From an uncultured Nitrospirota bacterium (GTDB lineage: Bacteria; Nitrospirota; Thermodesulfovibrionia; Thermodesulfovibrionales; Dissulfurispiraceae), in contig CAZIMB010000001.1 of the NCBI GenBank assembly GCA_964540275.1, positions 27,210-91,209 on the forward strand: 64,000 nucleotides of DNA, in the 5' to 3' direction. Below, one piece after another: positions 58,015 through 64,000 of the stretch. Position numbers and translations under genes: made by a program. Numbering within the stretch: the first letter of the stretch is position 1; every line of letters starts with the position of its first letter. The notes under the pieces are model-generated. The model did no database searches. It had not been told where the DNA came from and saw only the letters and a program-made list of their open reading frames with translations.

Positions 58015-58947
58015 ATGATAACATTTTTGCTAATATCTTCTGATATGTTTCTTCAACAATTAATAAATGGGCTTACATTAGGTGCTGTTTATGCATTAAT
58101 AGCCATTGGCTACACAATGGTATACGGGATATTAGGCTTGATAAACTTCGCACATGGTGAAATATATATGATAGGTGCATACCTGTCAATTATATTTTTA
58201 GCCCTTTTTACCGTTATAGGATTGACAGATTATAACCTTATCCTTTCTTTACTAATGACCGCTATACTCTCAATAATATTCTGTTCTGCCTACGGCTTTA
58301 CCATAGAAAAGATAGCCTATAAACCGCTAAGAAAGGCACCAAGATTAAGTCCCCTTATAAGTGCGATTGGAATATCAATATTCTTACAAAATTATGTAAT
58401 GCTTACCCAAGGAGCTACTGATAAGGTCTTTCCATATAAGTTTGGTGAAAAGGGGTTCCTTTTTTTAGATGTTCATATTACCTATATTCAAACAATTATC
58501 ATAGTGATTTGCACATTTTTAATGCTTTCCCTTCATCTATTCATAAAAAAGACCCGATTGGGAAAGGCTATGAGGGCAACATCTCAGGATAAGATAATGG
58601 CTTCCCTTGTTGGCATCAACATTGATAGTATAATCTCCGTTACCTTTATTATTGGTGCAGGTCTGGCTGCAGTTGCTGGAATGATAGTAGCATCTTATTA
58701 TGGACTAATTAATTATTATATTGGTTATATTGCAGGTATAAAGGCTTTTACAGCAGCTGTCCTTGGAGGCATTGGAAATATGCCAGGTGCAATGCTCGGA
58801 GGGATAGTATTAGGACTTGTTGAAAGCTTTGGGGCAGCTTACATATCAAGCGAGTATAAAGATGTATATGCCTTTATATTATTAATAATAGTCTTACTGA
58901 TAAAACCATCAGGCATCATGGGGAAGGCTTCAGAAGAAAAGGTATGA
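58015..58947 (+). CDS. livH: Branched-chain amino acid ABC transporter permease (LivH type)
   Basis: FLQQLINGLTLGAVYALIAIGYTMVYG..NFAHGE. An alternative start at 58045 (MFLQQL) is at least as likely. Confidence 0.88.
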   Translation: MITFLLISSDMFLQQLINGLTLGAVYALIAIGYTMVYGILGLINFAHGEIYMIGAYLSIIFLALFTVIGLTDYNLILSLLMTAILSIIFCSAYGFTIEKIAYKPLRKAPRLSPLISAIGISIFLQNYVMLTQGATDKVFPYKFGEKGFLFLDVHITYIQTIIIVICTFLMLSLHLFIKKTRLGKAMRATSQDKIMASLVGINIDSIISVTFIIGAGLAAVAGMIVASYYGLINYYIGYIAGIKAFTAAVLGGIGNMPGAMLGGIVLGLVESFGAAYISSEYKDVYAFILLIIVLLIKPSGIMGKASEEKV

Positions 58948-60038
58948 AGGATCTCTTTTTTGCCATCTTTACTGCTATTTTATCCATGCCATTTGTTGGG
59001 CCAACAATCTCTGGTATTATATTTGGGATCCTCTTTATCCTTTTAAGATTAGCCTATTTTCTTAAAAAATCAAAAATTAGATTTAAAACTAAAGAAATTT
59101 CTTTAACAATCCCCCAAAAATTAAAGAAAAATTTAACCCTTATATCAATATTATTATTACCTGTCCTTCCTTTCATCCTTACGGACTACTATATTGACGT
59201 ACTAATAATGACTGGAATATATATAATTCTAGCCCTTGGATTAAATGTAATTGTAGGATTTGCTGGACTTCTTAATCTTGGATATGCTGCCTTTTATGCA
59301 ATTGGTGCATATACATATGCTATTTTAAATACAAAAATGGGACTGGGGTTTTGGACCGTACTTCCTTTGTCATGTGCACTAACTGCGTTAGCAGGTCTCT
59401 TATTAGCCATACCTGCACTCAGATTAAGAGGGGATTACCTTGCCATTGCGACATTGGGTTTTGGGGAGATGACCCGCATTGTTCTTAATAATTGGGATAG
59501 TCTCACAAATGGACCAAATGGTATAGGTGGAATAGCGCCCCCTACCCTTTTCTCTCTACCACTTGGAAATCTCACAAGTTTCTATTATCTCTTACTATTT
59601 ATGGTTTTGTTAACAATAATAATCATTAAAAGGGTTCAAAATTCAAGGATTGGAAGGGCATGGTTTGCAATTAGGGAGGATGAGATTGCTGCATCTACAA
59701 TTGGAATTGATGTGTCAAGATATAAGCTTTATGCCTTTGTTTTTGGGACATTCTGGGCTGGCATTGCAGGATCACTCTTTGCAGGAAAGATGCAATTTGT
59801 TTCTCCAGAGAGTTTTACCTTCATGGAATCTATCTTAATATTAAGTATGATTATCCTTGGAGGAATAGGCAATATTTATGGCGTAGTAATTGGTGCAATT
59901 CTGCTTATATTAATTCCAGAAATACTCAGAGAGGCTCAACTATATAGGATGCTACTTCTTGGCATAGGTCTTGTTTTACTTATGATATTTAAACCAAAGG
60001 GGCTTTTCGGTTCAAAAGATGTACATACTGTTAGTTAA
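58944..60038 (+). CDS. livM: Branched-chain amino acid ABC transporter permease (LivM type)
   Basis: LALGLNVIVGFAGLLNLGYAAFYAIGAY...RLRGDYLAIATLGFGE. Confidence 0.88.
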   Translation: MKDLFFAIFTAILSMPFVGPTISGIIFGILFILLRLAYFLKKSKIRFKTKEISLTIPQKLKKNLTLISILLLPVLPFILTDYYIDVLIMTGIYIILALGLNVIVGFAGLLNLGYAAFYAIGAYTYAILNTKMGLGFWTVLPLSCALTALAGLLLAIPALRLRGDYLAIATLGFGEMTRIVLNNWDSLTNGPNGIGGIAPPTLFSLPLGNLTSFYYLLLFMVLLTIIIIKRVQNSRIGRAWFAIREDEIAASTIGIDVSRYKLYAFVFGTFWAGIAGSLFAGKMQFVSPESFTFMESILILSMIILGGIGNIYGVVIGAILLILIPEILREAQLYRMLLLGIGLVLLMIFKPKGLFGSKDVHTVS

Positions 60039-60786
60039 TAACCTTTATAAACATTTTGGCGGAATTAAGGCCATAGAGGATGTGAGTTTTAAGGTAAAAC
60101 ACAATGAGATATTTAGCATTATTGGCCCTAATGGCGCTGGTAAAACAACTCTCTTTAATTGTCTGACTGGATTAACAAGGATTACAAAGGGCAGTATCCT
60201 TTTCATGGACATAGATATTTCTAATCTCTCACCACACGAGATAGCTAACTTGGGTATTTCTAGGACATTCCAGAATATCAGATTGTTTAACGATATGACC
60301 TCAATTGAAAATGTAATGGTAGCTCAACATACAAAAATGGGTTATAGTTTCCTTTCAGCTATCACTCATAGGATAGGTTTCAGGGAAAAAGAAGGATTAA
60401 TAAAAGAGAAGGCGTTAAAATACCTTGAACTGGTTGGTTTAAGGGATTATGCTAATATACTTGCTAAAAACCTTCCCTATGGGCTTCAGAGAAGACTGGA
60501 GATAGCAAGGGCGCTTGCTACAGAGCCGAGTATTATTCTCTTAGATGAACCTACAGCAGGGATGAACCCTGTAGAGACATCAGAAATAATGGAATTAATA
60601 AAAAAGATCCAGGCAATAGGTAAGACGATTATACTAATAGAACATGATATGAGACTTGTAATGGGCGTATCAGATAGAATAGTGGTGCTTGATCATGGTG
60701 TAAAGATTGCTGAGGGCTTGCCAAATGAAATTAAGAATGATCCTCTTGTTATAGAGGCTTATCTTGGTAAGGAGTTACAACATTAA
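60019..60786 (+). CDS. livG: Branched-chain amino acid ABC transporter ATP-binding protein (LivG type)
   Basis: Walker A GPNGAGKTT, FQNIRLF, LPYGLQRRLEIARAL, LLDEPTAGMNP. Confidence 0.9.
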   Translation: MYILLVNNLYKHFGGIKAIEDVSFKVKHNEIFSIIGPNGAGKTTLFNCLTGLTRITKGSILFMDIDISNLSPHEIANLGISRTFQNIRLFNDMTSIENVMVAQHTKMGYSFLSAITHRIGFREKEGLIKEKALKYLELVGLRDYANILAKNLPYGLQRRLEIARALATEPSIILLDEPTAGMNPVETSEIMELIKKIQAIGKTIILIEHDMRLVMGVSDRIVVLDHGVKIAEGLPNEIKNDPLVIEAYLGKELQH

Positions 60787-60788
60787 TT

Positions 60789-61502
60789 GTGCTTAAATTA
60801 ATATCAATACATTCATCTTATGGCAATATAGAGGCCTTAAAAGGGATTGATTTAGATATAAACAAAGGAGAGATTGTCGCTCTTATCGGGAGCAATGGCG
60901 CAGGAAAGACCACTACACTTATGACAATCTCAGGTATAATAAGGCCTGACAGTGGAGATATTATTTTTGAAGGTGAATCAATAAAGGATAAGGCCCCACA
61001 CGATATCGTTAAAATGGGTATATGTCAGGTACCTGAAGGCAGAAGAATCTTTCCCAAATTAACTGTATTAGAAAACCTTGAAATGGGAGCATATACTGTA
61101 AATATTAAATCAAAAATATCTAAATTTAGAGATAATCTGGAAAAGATATTCCATCTCTTTCCCATACTTAAGGAGAGGGCAAATCAGTTAGGTGGCACCT
61201 TAAGCGGTGGAGAACAGCAGATGCTAGCTATAGCTAGAGCACTTATGTCCAATCCCAAGCTTTTGCTACTTGATGAACCTTCTCTTGGTTTAGCACCAAT
61301 TATGGTTAATAGGATATTTAAAATCCTTAAAGAGATAAATAAACTTAATGTTACTATATTACTTGTTGAGCAGAATGCAAAGGCAGCTCTTATGCTTTCA
61401 AACAGGGGTTATGTAATGGAAGGGGGGAAAATTACAGTATCTGGAAAAAGTAATGATTTATTGAATAATAAAGATGTTAAAAAGGCCTATCTTGGAGAAT
61501 AA
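60789..61502 (+). CDS. livF: Branched-chain amino acid ABC transporter ATP-binding protein (LivF type)
   Basis: GTG start. Walker A GSNGAGKTT, VPEGRRIFP, LSGGEQQMLAIARAL, LLDEPSLGLAP. Confidence 0.9.
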   Translation: MLKLISIHSSYGNIEALKGIDLDINKGEIVALIGSNGAGKTTTLMTISGIIRPDSGDIIFEGESIKDKAPHDIVKMGICQVPEGRRIFPKLTVLENLEMGAYTVNIKSKISKFRDNLEKIFHLFPILKERANQLGGTLSGGEQQMLAIARALMSNPKLLLLDEPSLGLAPIMVNRIFKILKEINKLNVTILLVEQNAKAALMLSNRGYVMEGGKITVSGKSNDLLNNKDVKKAYLGE

Positions 61503-62579
61503 CTATCCAGGATTGGATGTATAAATTTCATCAAACACCTTGTTAAGCTCAATAAAGGCGCTTAAGACGTCTGGATCAAAATGTTCTGGCATGGTCCTAC
61601 CATCGCCCTCTGTAATTATTCTAAAGACCTCTTCATGGCTTAATGGAGATTTATAAGGTCTCTTACTTCTTAAAGCATCATATTGATCACAAAGCATCAC
61701 TATTCTTGCCTCAATTGGAATATCTTTACCTTTTATGCCGTTTGGATAACCTGTTCCATCCCATCTTTCATGATGATTTAACGCAATAGAAGATGCTAAT
61801 TGCATCAATTCATAATCGCTATTGTGGAACATTTTTTCTCCAATTACTGTATGGGTTTTTATAACATTAAATTCCTCTTCTGTAAGCTTACCAGGCTTTA
61901 GGAGTATACTGTCTGGAATGCCAATCTTGCCTATATCATGCATAGCGCTTGATATTGTCAATGCTTCTACGAAATCAGAGGGCATATCCAATGCCTCTGC
62001 CACTTTGTTTGAGTACATGCCAATCCTTGAGATATGAGCGCCCGTAGTAGCATCCCTATGTTCTGCGACCACTGATAATCTATAAATTACCTCTTTACTC
62101 ATCTGTTTTACTGATTTAAGGGCTTCTTGCAACTCTTTTGTCCTGATTTTTACTGTTTCTTCAAGTTTATTCTTATATCTCTTTTCTTCAAGAACAAGTT
62201 GATTAAACCTTATTGCCTTTTCAATGCTATGTATAATGAGATCAGGTGTAAATGGTTTATTTATAAAGTCATGAACCCCTTTTTTTATAGCCTCAATAGC
62301 CATTTCAAGATCTGCATAGGCAGTCATGAGTATTACAGGTATGTTGTTTTTTTGGTTATTAATCCTTTCAAGAAGTTCCAGACCACTAATCTCAGGCATT
62401 CTAATATCAGATAAAACAACATTAATATATCCATTATTGTTAATCAATGACAATGCCTCATTAGCACTTTTGCAAGAATATACTTTGTATCCTTTTGAAC
62501 TTAAGAGAAATGTAATAAATTCTAATACTGAATCGTCATCATCTACAACAAGAATAGCATTATCTTTCTCGTAAGTCAT
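61503..62579 (-). CDS. Response regulator with HD-GYP (c-di-GMP phosphodiesterase-type) output domain
   Basis: REC domain [13 protein letters not shown]...[15 protein letters not shown], a coiled-coil linker, and HD-GYP motifs MHDIGKIG and [11 protein letters not shown]. Confidence 0.88.
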   Translation of the reverse strand: MTYEKDNAILVVDDDDSVLEFITFLLSSKGYKVYSCKSANEALSLINNNGYINVVLSDIRMPEISGLELLERINNQKNNIPVILMTAYADLEMAIEAIKKGVHDFINKPFTPDLIIHSIEKAIRFNQLVLEEKRYKNKLEETVKIRTKELQEALKSVKQMSKEVIYRLSVVAEHRDATTGAHISRIGMYSNKVAEALDMPSDFVEALTISSAMHDIGKIGIPDSILLKPGKLTEEEFNVIKTHTVIGEKMFHNSDYELMQLASSIALNHHERWDGTGYPNGIKGKDIPIEARIVMLCDQYDALRSKRPYKSPLSHEEVFRIITEGDGRTMPEHFDPDVLSAFIELNKVFDEIYTSNPG

Positions 62580-62600
62580 CTGTCCTCTCCTAAACTTTAC

Positions 62601-63317
62601 TTAAATACTTACCTCAGGTAAAAGTATTTGAAAGGTAGCACCTCTATCATTTTCGCTTAAACAATTAATATATCCATTATGTTTTTTTATTATCCAGTAG
62701 GCAACAGAAAGACCTAAACCCATGCCATTACCTGTAGTAAAAAAAGGTTCAAATATCTTTTCTTTGATTTTATCATCTATTCCACATCCTGTATCCTTAA
62801 CAGTTATTGATACAAAATTATTTTTATCCTTATTATCTATTCGTCCTGTCTTAATAGTAAAAATTCCACCATCTGGCATTGCATCTCTTGAATTAAATGC
62901 TAATATAGTCAATACCCTTTCTATCTGAAATCTATCAACTGATGCATTCAATTCATAATTGCAAAGATCAAGCACTATGCTTATCTTTTGTCCTAATATC
63001 TCAGATGCTGAAATTCCAAAATTTTTAACAATACTATTAATATTTAATTGACTTGGTCTAATATCAATATCATTACTAAATGACTTGAGGGCCTCTATCT
63101 GTTTTGAAGCCCTTTGCGATGCCTCAAGGATCTGATGTATATATATAAGAGAGGAATAATCTTTTTTTTCAATTTTATGTTTTAAAATCTCTCCACATCC
63201 TACTATAGTTGTTAGGATATTATTAAAACTGTGGGCAATACCATTTGAAAACTGTCTAATTATATCTTTCTCAAGGTTATTCATTGAGATAGTCCAGCTA
63301 TCATTCTCATCAAACAA
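62601..63317 (-). CDS. Cytoplasmic histidine kinase core (DHp + HATPase_c) with no recognisable sensor domain
   Basis: H-box GIAHSFNNILTTI, N-box AFNSRDAM, G-boxes KDTGCGI and GNGMGLGLS. Only about 25 residues precede the H-box. No TM segment. Confidence 0.8.
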   Translation of the reverse strand: MFDENDSWTISMNNLEKDIIRQFSNGIAHSFNNILTTIVGCGEILKHKIEKKDYSSLIYIHQILEASQRASKQIEALKSFSNDIDIRPSQLNINSIVKNFGISASEILGQKISIVLDLCNYELNASVDRFQIERVLTILAFNSRDAMPDGGIFTIKTGRIDNKDKNNFVSITVKDTGCGIDDKIKEKIFEPFFTTGNGMGLGLSVAYWIIKKHNGYINCLSENDRGATFQILLPEVSI

Positions 63318-63469
63318 ATTTAATTAAGTCTTCAAAAATTTCCATAAACCACCCTTCATAAAATCTTTTATATCAAAAAAGATGCCAAATAAAACTAATT
63401 GTTTTAATTAGATTTTTATGATTAGTAAATATGGAATATTTCTACTTATAAGGAAAAAATAGAAAAAAT

Positions 63470-64000
63470 TTAGGAGATATTATATTCTTTTATCTTTTTT
63501 AGGAGTGTTTTATAGTCTATTTGTAAAATAGAGGCAGCCTTTGATTTATTGCCACCTGTAAGGTCTAATACCTGTTTAATTATTATCTTTTCTGCGTCTT
63601 TTAATGTTAACGCGTGTTGTTCTTTAAATGGCGACTCAAAAACCTCACTTTTGTCATTTGTATCTATTGTAATAAAGTTTATATGCTCTGTTTTAATATA
63701 CCCATCATCTGAAAGAAGAACAGCCCTTCTTATAACATTCTTTAACTCTCTTATATTACCGGGCCAGCTATATCCCATAAGAACATTATATACATCATCA
63801 GATATCTCCTTGATAGGCTTGCTAAGTTCCTCACAGGTATCCCTATAAAATTTTTGTGCAAGGAATGGAATATCCTCTTTTCTTTCTCTCAAAGGTGGTA
63901 TGGTAATCATAAATTCGCCAAGACGGAAGAAAAGATCCTCTCTAAATTTGCCATCCTTTACTGCCTTTTTTATATCTGTGTTAGTAGCTCCAATGATACG
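63470..64000 (-). CDS. Sigma54-dependent Fis-family transcriptional activator. Partial: the N-terminus lies beyond the right edge.
   Basis: The frame is open from 64000. RIIGATNTDIKKAVKDGKFREDLFFRLGEFMITIPPLRERKEDIPFLAQKF (end of the AAA+ sigma54-interaction domain), WPGNIRELKNVI, and a C-terminal Fis-type HTH GGNKSKAASILQIDYKTLLKKIKEY. Confidence 0.85.
   Translation of the reverse strand, partial: RIIGATNTDIKKAVKDGKFREDLFFRLGEFMITIPPLRERKEDIPFLAQKFYRDTCEELSKPIKEISDDVYNVLMGYSWPGNIRELKNVIRRAVLLSDDGYIKTEHINFITIDTNDKSEVFESPFKEQHALTLKDAEKIIIKQVLDLTGGNKSKAASILQIDYKTLLKKIKEYNIS

Noticed and set aside
63372-63387. A sigma54-like promoter on the minus strand upstream of the histidine kinase: TGGCAT-N5-TTGAT.
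   Set aside because: The -24 GG is present with correct spacing, but the -12 element reads TTGA instead of the strongly conserved TTGC (GC dinucleotide). In AT-rich DNA this partial match is not convincing without TSS data.
1-64000. Scanned for CRISPR arrays, rRNA genes, additional tRNAs, transposases/integrases, prophage genes and toxin-antitoxin pairs.
   Set aside because: I saw no regularly spaced direct repeats, no rRNA-like conserved blocks, only one GTTCGAATC-type T-arm (the tRNA-Gln), and no ORF with transposase, integrase, phage or TA-like motifs.

Overview
By eye this is an AT-rich chromosomal segment from a diderm (outer-membrane-bearing) bacterium with an anaerobe-like gene set: ThyX, 2-oxoacid:ferredoxin oxidoreductase, several radical SAM enzymes and a DUF362 Fe-S protein. 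It is densely packed with about 58 protein genes, one tRNA-Gln and one candidate structured sRNA. I found no rRNA, CRISPR array, transposase, integrase or phage genes. Most content is housekeeping: hisC-hisB, thyX and ubiD; a MacAB-like efflux pump followed by tamB-bamA and a SurA-like chaperone; proS, mtaB and miaB; an AddAB-type helicase-nuclease; rny-ymdB and moeA; pepA-pth-rplY(ctc)-prs-tRNA(Gln)-ispE; a six-gene peptidoglycan-recycling island; livHMGF; and a sigma54 activator, histidine kinase and HD-GYP regulator at the right edge. Five things are not explained by routine annotation. (1) A compact minus-strand cassette at 48922-51257 holds an FMN-dependent LldD-like oxidoreductase, a radical SAM/SPASM enzyme, and a 20-codon Cys-rich ORF (MKIIKISKKAATTCKCKGSC) that is too short for the ORF track. 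The small ORF has a strong Shine-Dalgarno and a clean terminator. The enzyme pairing resembles mycofactocin, but the peptide and accessory genes differ. (2) A GC-rich rod-folding RNA of about 180 nt lies at 37033-37212 and is 6S-like in architecture. (3) A family of at least five diverged intergenic repeat elements, all in the same orientation, includes hairpin-forming full-length copies and internally deleted derivatives. (4) Several genes look like internal-deletion remnants or minimal versions (mini-YceH, a membrane/TPR gene remnant, a core-only NagA). (5) One large protein fuses an M1 peptidase, a ChaN/Tiki-like domain and a PDZ domain. All calls rest on reading the supplied translations and the DNA by hand. 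No database search was possible.
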